Positions 27,580 to 39,862 of a stretch of DNA of 64,000 bases are shown here, in pieces. The notes under the pieces were generated by a model, which saw only the letters and a program-made list of their open reading frames with translations, searched no databases and was not told the DNA's origin. Source of the DNA: Octopus bimaculoides (taxonomy: Eukaryota). The stretch covers positions 85,168,745-85,232,744 of the forward strand of contig NC_068986.1 in NCBI RefSeq assembly GCF_001194135.2, read 5' to 3'. Position 1 is the stretch's first letter; each line of letters begins with the position of its first letter. Both the position numbers and the translations under genes were made by a program.

Positions 27580-28053
27580 CCGCTATGCACATTTCCCAGA
27601 AAAAAACACATACATACATACATATAAAGTAGTAGTCAGTATCAAATTCCATCCACAAGCGAGACCGAACAGCCAAATCCGACATCTCATCTAAGGTTTT
27701 TTTTTTCTTTTTTGCAGTTTAAGATGATGTTGCAATCAATTATGATTTCTGATCACAGTGAGACTAAAGCTTTAGCACCCACTGATTGACAAACCAGACA
27801 CGTTTTATCTTCTTGTCAAATACTCTATTACTTGATCTGGATATATTTATGTAAACTAATTTTTATCTTCTTATCATAGTAAAAACTGTTATACCTGATC
27901 TGAATGTTTTTATGTAAACTATTTTTTGACTCATCACAGATGATACACAAAGCCTAGTACCTTACTTATGAAAATCTTTTGAAATAAGGGAAACCGGTTA
28001 AGTTAATAAATACTTTTAAAAGACTCCTGCATTTTTATATTCTTTTCCTGATA
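25910..28053. repeat. ~2.1-kb imperfect inverted repeat (foldback), centre ~27110
   Basis: 25910-26395 vs 27615-28053 reverse-complementary over long stretches; inner GT-rich 26665-27110 mirrors CA-rich 27115-27615; right arm runs into a gap. Confidence 0.9.
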
Positions 28054-28473
28054 NNNNNNNNNNNNNNNNNNNNNNNNNNNNNNNNNNNNNNNNNNNNNNN
28101 NNNNNNNNNNNNNNNNNNNNNNNNNNNNNNNNNNNNNNNNNNNNNNNNNNNNNNNNNNNNNNNNNNNNNNNNNNNNNNNNNNNNNNNNNNNNNNNNNNNN
28201 NNNNNNNNNNNNNNNNNNNNNNNNNNNNNNNNNNNNNNNNNNNNNNNNNNNNNNNNNNNNNNNNNNNNNNNNNNNNNNNNNNNNNNNNNNNNNNNNNNNN
28301 NNNNNNNNNNNNNNNNNNNNNNNNNNNNNNNNNNNNNNNNNNNNNNNNNNNNNNNNNNNNNNNNNNNNNNNNNNNNNNNNNNNNNNNNNNNNNNNNNNNN
28401 NNNNNNNNNNNNNNNNNNNNNNNNNATATATATATATATATATATATAGATATAGATAGATAGATAGATAGAT

Positions 28474-28520
28474 AACTTTCTTTTATTAGCCACACAGGGC
28501 TGCACACAGAGGGGACAGAT
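28474..28520 (-). mobile_element. Extreme 3'-end fragment of the same L1/Tx1 family
   Basis: cttttattagccacacagggctgcacacagaggggaca resembles 37470-37512 (ctttttattatagccacacagggctaaatacagaaaatggaca); also abuts (GATA)n. Confidence 0.6.
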
Positions 28521-28694
28521 AGTTAGACATACATACACATATGCACGTACCCACATACACAGAAATACATATATTTTGCGTGAAGGTTTTTTTTAATGTT
28601 TGTGTGTATGAATTGTGTACTTATAGCTTGAGATGGCAATATATATCATATTGTAATATTTGGCTATAAAACCAGAATATTTAACTTACATTTA

Positions 28695-28797
28695 GGATAG
28701 GATACTTAGAAGGGTTCTTGGCATCTAAGGCGACATTTTTGTAACCTGATGTTAAGATTCTTTTTTTTGTTTCCCAACAGTGTAATCTGTTGAATGT
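28695..28797 (+). mobile_element. ~100-bp 3'-terminal fragment of the same Dong subfamily as 29960-33495
   Basis: taggatacttagaagggttcttggcatctaag...gatgttaagatt...aatctgttg aligns by eye to 33397-33490 (taggataattaggagggttcttggcagctaag...gatgttatgatt...aatctgttg); followed by (TAA)n. Confidence 0.7.
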
Positions 28798-28806
28798 ATA
28801 ATAATG

Positions 28807-28874
<68 letters not shown>

Positions 28875-28875
<1 letters not shown>

Positions 28876-29833
28876 CAAGGACAAAAGCACATGAAAAATT
28901 AGCTAGCAGATGGGAACAGAAACCTCTGCATGGCAAGTATGTGGCTCGTAGCAAATAAGCTGATGTCGACCAGAAACGCACGCATCAATGGTTACGAAGC
29001 TCAGGGCTAAAAGCAGAGAGTGGAGGTTTCATATCGGCTGCTCAAGACCAAAGCTTATTAACCCGGAACTACCAAGCCAACGTGATAAAAAAATGGAGCT
29101 GACTCAAATGCCGATTCTGTAACGATGCGATTGAAACTATAGACCACCTAATCTCAGGGTGTAGAGTTTTAGCATCTGTAGAATATAAAGCAAGACATGA
29201 CAGAGTTGGCCAGTATTTACACTGGACAATATGTCAGCATTATAAAATCAAAACCGCTGACAAATGGTATAAACACCATCCTGAAGCTGTGACTGAGGAA
29301 GAAAATGTATCGATTCTCTGGGACTTCTCCGTACATACCGACAAGGCTATAAAAGCTAATAAACCGGATATTATTATAAAAGATCAGACAAAGAAGACAT
29401 ATTTGTTAATTGACATGAGTATTCCCTGTGATCATAGTATAGCGGCGAAAGAATTTGACAAGATCAGTAAATATAAAGACTTGCTAATAGAAACTGAAAA
29501 ACTGTGGCACCTCAAGGCGACTACCATACCAGTGATTGTAGGATCTCTAGGAATGATAAAAAAAGGTACTGAAACCTATTTGAAATGATACCAGGCCTAA
29601 CATCCCTACAGGAAGTGCAAAAAATCGTGTTAACTGGAACGACTCATGTACTGAGAAGAGCATTATCGCTGTGAAAACAACATCCATTCATGAATTTTTT
29701 TTTTTATACATATTTTACCTGTGAATTTGCGTGTGTAAACTGGGAATGCATACAATGAGTTTCTCTGCCCTAAGTGTACGGAAATCACTCGGCGAGAAAT
29801 GGAAGAAAATTTGAAGAAAGAAGAAAAAAAAAC
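28875..29833 (+). mobile_element. 5'-truncated R4/Dong-like LINE (CCHC plus RLE domain), second subfamily
   Basis: KPLHGKY, AAQDQSL.TRNY, CRFC...ETIDHLISGC, ILWDFSVHTD...NKPDIII...IDMSIP, IPVIVGSLG; flanked by (TAA)n on both sides. Confidence 0.9.
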
Positions 29834-29884
<51 letters not shown>

Positions 29885-29959
29885 GTAATAATAATAATAA
29901 TAACAACAATAATGATGATATGAATGGTGCAGCAGATGATGCAATAGAAAGCTGCTTGA

Positions 29960-32900
29960 ATCTATCAGATATCGAAAATAATAGTGGTGATGACGTTGGT
30001 GACGAACATTTCCTTACCTCAGTTTATGAGACAGGAGTTTCTGAAGGAACTCTGGTTGTAACAGCGAAAATCAAGGTGGACATTTAAGGGAAGAGCTCTT
30101 GCTCGGCAGTGGTTCGGTAAAGGTGCAGACTGATCACAGCTGTTATCCTAATACTGCACCAGCAGATAATAGAGCAAGGAGAAAGAAGTGGACCAGCGAA
30201 GAAAACAGGTTATTGATACAGTGCTACTCAGAAAGTGAACCTAAAAAAAGGGGGCTATAGAAAACGGATGTTAACACTTTGGGTAGAGAAGGGTATGTTT
30301 AAAGTGACTGAGTAGAGATTAGTTGATCAAACTAATGCTATTAAGAGAAGAAAGTGGATGACAGAATTGGAGGTAGAAGAAATCACAAGAAAACTGGAAA
30401 AGAAAGACCAGGCAGTGGGAAAGACAAACAGCAGCATAAGAGATACAGCTCGAACCAAAGAAGAACCTGAAGGAAAACATAATAATAGCGCTACCAATAA
30501 GGAAGCGACAACTGGCACCAACGACTTAAGTGATTTAAGCGAGGAAGATCAGAAGATTTAAATGAATTGCAGGAAGTAATGAGTAAAGAAGTAAGAAAGA
30601 GATTGCCAGCATTAAAAGGTACCAACAGAAAGAAGCTACAAGAAGTGACTAGGAAAGTAGATTCTGTTATCAGTAGGATAGATACTAAAGATATAGGAGA
30701 CACTAACTTATTGATCTATGCAAGAGGGGCAGAAGTCATTAGAAGATTAGATATCTCACTGGGAAGGACTAAAAAAGAGCAAATGTGGAAAAGGAGACTA
30801 CAAAATAAAGTGAAGACTTTAAGACAAGATCTGAGTAGAATAGAAACCTGGAAATTGAACAAGTTAGGGAAAACAAGATGCAAATCTTCCCTAGAGATGA
30901 GATATTTTGTCCAAGAGAAAGGATTTGCCACAGTAGTAGAAGAGTTGAAACAACGTATCATAGCAGTAGCAGGCAAGCTCTCCAAATATCAGAAAAGGAT
31001 TCATCAGTATCAAGATTAGATTATTTGAGACAGACCAGAGATTTTATAACAAAAAAAGAAAAGTGGAGATAGAAGTACCTAAGATGAGAAACCTAATGTA
31101 ACAGAAGCTAGAAATTTCTGGATTAATTTTTGGGATAAGCCAGACAATCAAATGGAGATGCAGTATGGTTAAAGAAATTGAGGGCAGTAGTAGTGAGTGA
31201 GAAGCAGCCAGATCTAAGGCTAACTAGTGCATTAATGAGTTAAATTTTAGGAAAAAAGTTGAATTGGAAGAGCCCTGGCCCTGATTTAGTTCAAGGGTAC
31301 TGGCTAAAAAATTCAATAGTTTACATGGGAGGCTGAGGGAACAACTTCAGGATTACCTTAATGGAGGAATAATACAAACTTGGATGATAAGAAGTAGGAC
31401 AATACTTATGAAAGAGCAAAGGTAATACAGCTAGCAACTACAGGCCAATCACTTGCTTACCATTAGTGTGAAAGCTGTTAAGAATGTTTTCAGAAAGCAC
31501 ATTGAAAACCAGAATTTACTGCCAGAAGAAATAAAAGGTTGCAGGAAGAAGGCTAGAGGAACACATAATCTATTATACGTAGGCAAAGCAGTTCTAAATG
31601 AAGTAAAATCTAGACAGAAAAATCTAACTATAGTATGGATAGATTAGAGGAAAGGCAATGATATAGTCCCACACTCGTGGATAAGTAAATGTTTGAATAT
31701 ATTCAGTATAGCAGACAACATAAGAGAATTAATTAGCTGTAACATGAAGAAATGGAAAGTAGGTCTCTACTCAGCTGACACACTTATAGGAAAAGTTATT
31801 GTCAAAAGAGGAATTTTCCAGTAGGGCTCGTTCTCCTTTTTAATATTTATCTTATGTTTGATCACCTTCAGTTTAGTATTATGGAAGGAAAAGGCAGGGT
31901 ATCAGTTCAGAAATAGTAACGGAAAAATTAACCATTTCCTCTACATGGATGATCTGAAGCTTTTTAGTAATAAGAAGTAAAAAGAGATAGATTCCTTAAT
32001 ACAGACTATAAAACTCCTTAGCAAAGACATAGGCATGGAATTTGGCATAAATAAATGTGCAAAATTAGTCATGAGAAGGGGACAGGTAGTCAACAGCGAA
32101 GGCATCCAATTACCAGATGGCCAGGCATTAAAATCATAGAGAGGAAGAGAAAGTTATAAGTATCTAGGAGTATTAAAATTTGACAGAGCACTAACTACAG
32201 AAATAGAAACGAAAATTGAGGAGTACATCAGAAGGGTGAGGAAGCTAATGAAATCAAAGCTAAATGGTCCGAATCTAGTGAAAACTGTAAATAATTGGGC
32301 AGTATCACTACTTAGATACTCAGCAGCTTTGGTTCATTGGACAAAAACTGAATTAGCAAAGCTAGACAGAAGAACTAGGAAGGAATTCGATATGAATGGA
32401 CGACTTCATCCAAGGGCAGGAATAGCAAGATTATACTTACTTAGAAAGGAAGGGGGAAGAGGGCTATTATCAGTAGAAGACTGTGTGGAGTTAGCTAGCG
32501 TAGATATAGACCCCTATGTAGGTAATACTGAAGAAAGTTTATTAATAGCTGCTCGAATCACAAAAAGACATGGGTAAACCAAAAACCCAAACGAACTTAA
32601 AAACCAGAAAAAGAACAAAAATTATCTGATTGTCAGGAGAAGGCGTTGCATTGTAGATTCCCAAAGATAGTCGCTGCAAATGGTAGTAGTGAGACATGGC
32701 TATGTTTGCCGAAGGGAAAGCTGAAGAGGGAGACAGAAAGTTTGTTAGTAACTGCATAAGATCAAACATTAAGGATTAATTGGATAAAAGGCAACATAAG
32801 CAAAAGCCAAGTAGATTCCCAATGCATATGATACAAATCAAAAGAGGAAAGCGTTACTCATATAGTAAGTGAATGTAGAATTCTGACAAAGACAGAATAA

Positions 32901-33493
32901 AGAAAATGCATGACAACCTAGGGAGAGTAATCTACTGGGAATGATGTGGAAAGCTAGGATTTGAACATGCTAAAGCTAGGATTTGAACAGGCTAAAGCTA
33001 GGATTTGAACATGCTAAAGCTAGGATTTGAACATGCTAAAGTACTAGAAAGTAAGAAATATAAGACGCTGTGGGACTTTAACATTCAGACTGACAGAGAA
33101 ATAGAAGCTAGAAGGCCTGATTTAGTAGCAGTAGATAAAGAGAATAGTAAGTGCCAGATAATTGACTTTACAGTCCCAAATGATTAGAAAATCAATATGA
33201 GAGGTATAGAAAAAATAGCAGAGTATCAGTATCTAGTCATAGAGTTACAGAGACTATGGAAAGTGCGGGTAAAATGTATTCCACTAGTTATAGGTGCATT
33301 TGGAACTATCCCTAAAGATCTGAACAAATGGGTAGAGGAAATAGGCATAAAACCCAGTTCAGTACAACTCCAGAAAACAGTGTTATTAGGGACAGCTAGG
33401 ATAATTAGGAGGGTTCTTGGCAGCTAAGTTTACTTGTTGTAGCCCGATGTTATGATTTGTTCTGTTCCATCAATCTAATCTGTTGTGTGCATA

Positions 33494-33495
<2 letters not shown>
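29960..33495 (+). mobile_element. Near-full-length degenerate R4/Dong-like non-LTR retrotransposon (RT plus restriction-like endonuclease)
   Basis: GYRKRM...WMTELEVEEI N-terminus; PGPDLVQGYWLK; YRPITCLP; HFLYMDDLKLF (YMDD 31942-31953); YKYLG; LHPRAGIARLYL; RLE region LWDFNIQTDREIEARRPDL...IID; many stops and frameshifts; (TAA)n on both sides. 5' boundary approximate. Confidence 0.9.
32950..33037 (+). repeat. 22-bp tandem repeat x4 within the Dong ORF
   Basis: (aaagctaggatttgaacatgct)4 with one t>g variant. Confidence 0.9.
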
Positions 33496-33525
<30 letters not shown>

Positions 33526-33526
<1 letters not shown>

Positions 33527-33947
33527 TGAAGTATATTTGCCACTTAAATGTGGCTGACCCCTAAGGGTGGATGTTACTGTTGTTTTTAGCCCCAGGAGAA
33601 CATCTCCTCCAGCTGGTTATTGACACACATCTGTGTCCTGTCTATATTTGCAAAGGGAAGTCATCCTTCCCATCTCGATCTGCGATACATACGGACTCGA
33701 GTTTCTGGGTATTTACCCGTCTTCAGCGTACTACAAACGCCTACCTTCGATGCGAAAGATATTCCTTTGCAAATATATATATAACTTTTTCCAGTGAAAT
33801 TATTCACTGATCTCGAAAAAGTGAAAACAAGCAATGTTAAATCTCTGAACGAGGTATTAACAGTAACTGCACGACAAGGTGAAGTATATTTGCCACTTAA
33901 ATGTGGCTGACCCCTAAGGGTGGATGTTACTGTTGCTTTTAGCCCCA

Positions 33948-33948
<1 letters not shown>
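33526..33948. repeat. 70-bp direct repeats (33526-33595, 33879-33948) enclosing 283 bp of unique sequence, embedded in (TAA)n
   Basis: The two copies differ at one position (tgttttt vs tgctttt); TAA arrays immediately outside both ends. Confidence 0.9.
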
Positions 33949-34014
<66 letters not shown>

Positions 34015-35049
34015 TAATGTACTCATCTAACAAAACAATCATAGCTACTAAAAGCGTCAATGATAACAACACCATCACTTTAGCTATTAACCATCGCCTC
34101 CACATCGTCATCATCATCGCCTTCATAATCATCGTAAACCTTATCATCGCTGTTGTCGTTGTGGTCGTCGTCTCGTCATCATCATCATCATCATCGTCAT
34201 CCACAATAACAGCAAGAACAAAAACAACAAAGATGCCAATATGAACATGAACATCAGGAATAGGAACAAACAAACGATAACGGAAGATATCAACAGCTAT
34301 TTTTTAGCGCTATCGTCATCATTCTAATCAGTGTGGAAGATTCTCAGTTACCTATCATTTACCTTTCCTACTATATCTGATATCCATCACAGCGTACTGA
34401 ATATTTTCCAACAAACCTGATATCCGTTACAATGTACTAGATATTTCCATGATACTCTTTGACCTGGTAATCCCATACAAATTAATTGCATTGATCAGAC
34501 CTTTTTTGTTATTTTTTGAACTCAGAATAATTCAGTGGAAGATATTAAGAATGTTTTGGCTGCCATTTTTATTTGCTATACTTTATTTTTATCTTTTCGT
34601 TTTTGCGTTCGATTTCTTTGATTTTTTTTTTCTATATGCTTATCTTTTATTTTTTTATTCCTTTTTCCTTCAATGGTAGTTTGTCAGGAAGTGCAAAAGA
34701 TATTGCTGTGATTATCTTTTGTAACGACTATCGCTTGATAGTAAATACGCGAACCAACAGAATAGCGAATATCGATTTGAGTTTTATAATCACCTATATA
34801 TATAGAATAAGATAGGAGTGGTATAATGAAGTAAAACCAGTTAATAACTGGTGGTTTTACATTTACTCATGAGGTTTCAAATTTAATGCTGATCCGGTAT
34901 GATCTGAGGTTATATATATGAAACGATGGATTCATCAAATATTTTTTTTTTGTAGTTACAGTATAATATGTTTCGTAGCGAATTAAATTTTGTCTAAAAA
35001 TATTTATTTTATTCCATGTTCTTCAGTGTCTTTTCATGATCTAAGAGAA

Positions 35050-37300
35050 TTATGAGAAGCTGCTGTTAATTTCTTGTCTATGAGCACCAGTACAAGATGC
35101 TTTGATAGAAACAATATATTGAAGCGGTTTTAGTCAGAGATGGAGCTGTATCACCAAACCATTATCAGCGACTCACTACATCTGTTTGTAAACTATTAAT
35201 GGTGTTGTTCTTTTTTTTACCTGCAATACTGTTTGAATTGAGACATATGTATCAGTGAATTAGATATTACAATACCTCCGATTCAAGACTATACGGTGAT
35301 TGGCAACACTCAAGTCCAACCCTTTATGCTACTCCAGTTCATTAGGTTACATTCTATCGTAACATTTGCTTTTAGATATAATTGATATTCGTTCCTTGTC
35401 GATACATCGAGTCAACACCTGTTTTTTTTTCTTCATCTAATGCAAGGATACAAATTCTTTACTTAATACTAAAGGCCGATTGTAACAATATAATCTCCTA
35501 TTAATGTGTATCGAAGTTGAAAAGAACAAATACATGATATGTAATATTCATTAGTCTTTTGGTCATAAATATTAACTATTTTTTCATGTTTTTAGAAATT
35601 TTGTCACCACTGATGAATTTAAAGATTAATGCAGGTGAAATTCTGCCTGTCAGCAATGACCCTAGGGTTTCGTGCCCTGATGCATCGCGTGTAAGTCTAT
35701 GTTGTGAAACCTATCCATTGTTTAGCATTACAAGAAATCAACAAAGCTTCTTTCAATTATCCTATTGCGTTGTGTTTTACAAAATTACCATACTGCTCCC
35801 CATGTAACAATTTCTCTGAAATTAACTGGAATATATCTTTCAATGACATCTACATATATAGAGATGAATTTGCTTTTGCATTAGTTAAGTTTGTAGACCT
35901 TCTAAATATAGAGCCTCCGGCTACTAGGCCAACACCTAATCAGCTTTACGTGTGTCTTCCAATAAACATCATCACTTAGTAATTATCTGCTGGGTGATTT
36001 ATTCAATTTCTGCTTCCAACTCGTGCAGCTTAAAGGTTGATTAATAACGCAACGATTCCTTAAACAAAAATAGTGTCTTTGCTAACTGATGTTAAACATC
36101 TTTTTAAAACTTTCTTAATTGCACTTGGTACCTTGAGCATATTAAGATAAACTTTTGTTTGAGATTCATTAGTAAATCAGATATCTTTCGGCAAGCGAAT
36201 TAAATGACTTTCACATAATGTAGTGCATGTGTGCGAAAGCTGCTTAGGCAACATCATAAGGAATCTTAAACATAGACACAACCACACTGCATGCATAATG
36301 GTAGGAGCAAAATTGTCAATGATAATAATAACAAAATTTGTAGGAATATCATATGATATTAGAGTTGCTGGCACACACAGCAACTCTAATATCATAGATT
36401 CGGGGACAATAATAATCAAATTGACCTGATTTGTCAGTACTTCCTCAGTAATTGTAACATAATTTGAAGTCCTCACTAACTTCCTAATTGTGGTGTCTCC
36501 TAATATATTTAAAACTCAGTATTAACCGAATCAATTGAAATAGTTGTATAACCCATTAATTTGCAGAAATGCAGTAGAATATATTGTCTTCATATTAAGG
36601 TACCGTGATCAGGTCGGCTTGGTAGAACACAAATCTTACCAAATTGTAGCCAAAAATATTTAAATTCAACACTTTTAGTCAAAGAAATCGTTACTGGTAC
36701 ATAGCTACCGAGAGAGCTCTATATTTAACGTACTCACCCAAAAAGTCGCATAATTCATTAAAACTACCTTCGTAATAAAGTAAAATGTTCATTAGATTGG
36801 AAATTTATAATTATTGTCCAGAAAGTCAAGAAAGACAATTCCTAAAATCAAATAAATTAAAAACTGAACAGTTTGAGGAGTGAATTGTATCATTAGTAAA
36901 GTACAATAACAAATCTGGATATGTTTGTGTCTTATCAGACTTCCTAACAGAGGTGTAGTAATAAACTAAGGAGTACGTGCCAGATATACGTTGAGTGAGA
37001 AGATAAAGAGTTATAGTAAAAAATATTGACCGATAAGGCAAATGAAAATAATGACTTCCATAAGAAATTTTCCTCAGTCGCTACATACACAGTGTGATAT
37101 CGCATACAAGAGGAAACTGGCTACATCTACGTTAAATATATTGGCCGTAGATGCACGACAGGGCCAATCACAAGATGTGGAGTAATCGATGGACAGTGCA
37201 GTATTCCACCCATTGTGGAAACCTAACCTATCATTGTGGATTTGTGGCACAAAGCAAAGCAGGCCTACCTTTCCACTCGAGAAAACACATAGTAAATGAT
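35050..37300 (-). mobile_element. Possible highly decayed Ty3/gypsy gag-pol relic
   Basis: Colinear minus-strand motif ghosts in different frames: FSSGKVG (knuckle-like, ~37275), VTWG...LKEAL (~35760-35810), LTRDAS...LGSLL (~35655-35700), LRYTLIG (~35500-35520), HKG...VANH (~35295-35330). Order and spacing fit RNase H of gypsy pol, but each motif is weak. Confidence 0.3.
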
Positions 37301-37464
37301 CCACAAGCAGTCAAGGAAACTGAATCCTGAACTTGTTCCATTTGCCAAGAGATTTGCAAGGCACCAGCAGGCCTCAAGTGTCACATTCGTGTCTATAAAA
37401 CATGAATAACGCTTTATTTCACTGAAATATGTCGTTCACAAGAGACTAGACAGACAGACAGATA

Positions 37465-38460
37465 GATATCTTTTTATTATAGCCACACAGGGCTAAATAC
37501 AGAAAATGGACAAATTACAAAGTAGAGCTTTGGGGGGGGGGATAATTTGGATCAAAAGGGATCGCGGNNNNNNNNNNNNNNNNNNNNNNNNNNNNNNNNN
37601 NNNNNNNNNNNNNNNNNNNNNNNNNNNNNNNNNNNNNNNNNNNNNNNNNNNNNNNNNNNNNNNNNNNNNNNNNNNNNNNNNNNNNNNNNNNNNNNNNNNN
37701 NNNNNNNNNNNNNNNNNNNNNNNNNNNNNNNNNNNNNNNNNNNNNNNNNNNNNNNNNNNNNNNNNNNNNNNNNNNNNNNNNNNNNNNNNNNNNNNNNNNN
37801 NNNNNNNNNNNNNNNNNNNNNNNNNNNNNNNNNNNNNNNNNNNNNNNNNNNNNNNNNNNNNNNNNNNNNNNNNNNNNNNNNNNNNNNNNNNNNNNNNNNN
37901 NNNNNNNNNNNNNNNNNNNNNNNNNNNNNNNNNNNNNNNNNNNNNNNNNNNNNNNNNNNNNNNNNNNNNNNNNNNNNNNNNNNNNNNNNNNNNNNNNNNN
38001 NNNNNNNNNNNNNNNNNNNNNNNNNNNNNNNNNNNNNNNNNNNNNNNNNNNNNNNNNNNNNNNNNNNNNNNNNNNNNNNNNNNNNNNNNNNNNNNNNNNN
38101 NNNNNNNNNNNNNNNNNNNNNGTTACAAAAACCGTTTTTCCTTCCCGTTTAAAGGAAGGTGGCGGAACAATATTCACGATAGACTCGGCTGATAAGTGGG
38201 CTCGTCCCACACGCGACAACAGCCGTTCGACGAAGGTCCACAGCTCTGAAATATCTGGACACTGCACGAGTGCGTGCAGAACGGTTTCGTCGCTCTGACC
38301 GCATCTCGGGCAGGTCGGTCCGGTGGTTTTCGAACCGTGTCTGTAGATCTTCTCTCGAACTGGTAGTGCGTCTCGATAGCATTGCCAAGCCAGGGATCTC
38401 TGGAAATTATCCATAGGCCCCGGCCCGAACGTCGTCTTGAAAAGACCAACATGACAAACA
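37465..38460 (-). mobile_element. L1/Tx1-clade LINE 3' portion (ORF2 C-terminal zinc-binding region plus 3' UTR), split by a gap
   Basis: FQRSLAWQCYRDALPVREKIYRHG...CPRCGQSDETVLHALVQC (CCHC, zf-RVT-like); minus-strand AATAAA near 37472-37477, next to (GATA/GACA)n. Confidence 0.8.
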
Positions 38461-38693
38461 CCAACATGGAAATGCGCTGGGTTAACTTGACATCCGCATT
38501 TTATCCCAGCACCCGAAGAACCCAACACTCAGACAAGTACAAAAGTACGTCCTCATTAATGAAACATCCCCAGTATTAAATAGAAAATATACATAGAAGA
38601 CGTATACCCCAATACCCACAGTTTATATATTCACAGACAGTGTTGTTAGTAGACCGTTATGCAGGTGTTTGTGTATGTCTATGAGTGTATATC

Positions 38694-38724
<31 letters not shown>

Positions 38725-39333
38725 CGTGTGTAAGTGTGTGTGGGGGAGGGGTAGATATATGTGGGTAAGTGGATACGTATATGAACATGTAGACATACAA
38801 ATAGATAGGTAGATAGGCGTTACAGACAGGCGGGCACACACACACATACAAACATTCGTTCACAAAATGCTGACGCACACTTAATTTTGGTAGAATATAC
38901 CGGGCCAAAGCACCTTACAATAGGATACAAACCAGTATCTTACCAGCAACTATTGCCAATTATTCTGAGGTTTAGTATTGTTGCTGTTACGATTAGGGTG
39001 ACACTATTGGGGATGAGATACATTGGATATGGTGAACAGTGTTGTTTAATCCTTGATCAGTTTTGATCCCATTGATCTATTAACAAAGTTTCCAGCCGTA
39101 TACATAGTGTACTTTCACGGTACAGTCCATCTAGGATCACACTATCGACTGCGTTTATTCTTATCTTCAGTGAAATACTGTGATTTCAGAGGGACTCTAT
39201 TTCTAGTAGCTAACTATTTTTGGTTATTGACCTCTTCTTTTGCTTGGCCCTTTTTAACTACAAGTTCATCTTCGTATAGGAAAGATCCATAATTAGTAAC
39301 ATTCCATGCTGGTCATTCCATGTCTTGGTAGTA

Positions 39334-39862
39334 CAGTAATCCCTCGACTATCGCGGTTGTTTCGTTCCAAAAACCCCTGCGATAGGTGAAAATCCGCGAA
39401 GTAGAAACAGTACTGTAATGTATATTTTTAATATTATTTTTATAATTTGTATATATTTATTTTATTATTTTTATGTATTTAAGCTTTTACAAACTCTCCC
39501 CACACTCTTAGGAGTACTCGTGTTTTCTCTTTTTTAGCCTCCCGAGTTTCGTTTTCCATACAGTATATGCGATTCTTTGTTTACTCATCTACGGTACGCT
39601 ACATATTTTCTTTTAATATATTTTAATCAATGTCTTATACAATGCAGTACTGAACTGTATTTTTATTTATCAATTTATTAATTTTTAGGCGTGAAAATGC
39701 TTATTTTACCACAGAAATAATTAAAATCTAAAAAACATAAATACCGCAGAAACCCGCGATATACTGAGGAAACCGTGATATAAATTTACATATATTAGTC
39801 AGAAAAATAGGCGGTGTACTGAGGACTCGATAGGTGAACCGCGTTATGGTGAGAAATAACTG
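39334..39862. mobile_element. Tigger/pogo-like MITE
   Basis: TA|CAGTAATCCCTCGACTATCGCGGTT ... AACCGCGTTATGGTGAGAAATAACTG|TA; TA TSD; AT-rich core with subterminal ccgcgat-like repeats. Confidence 0.8.
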
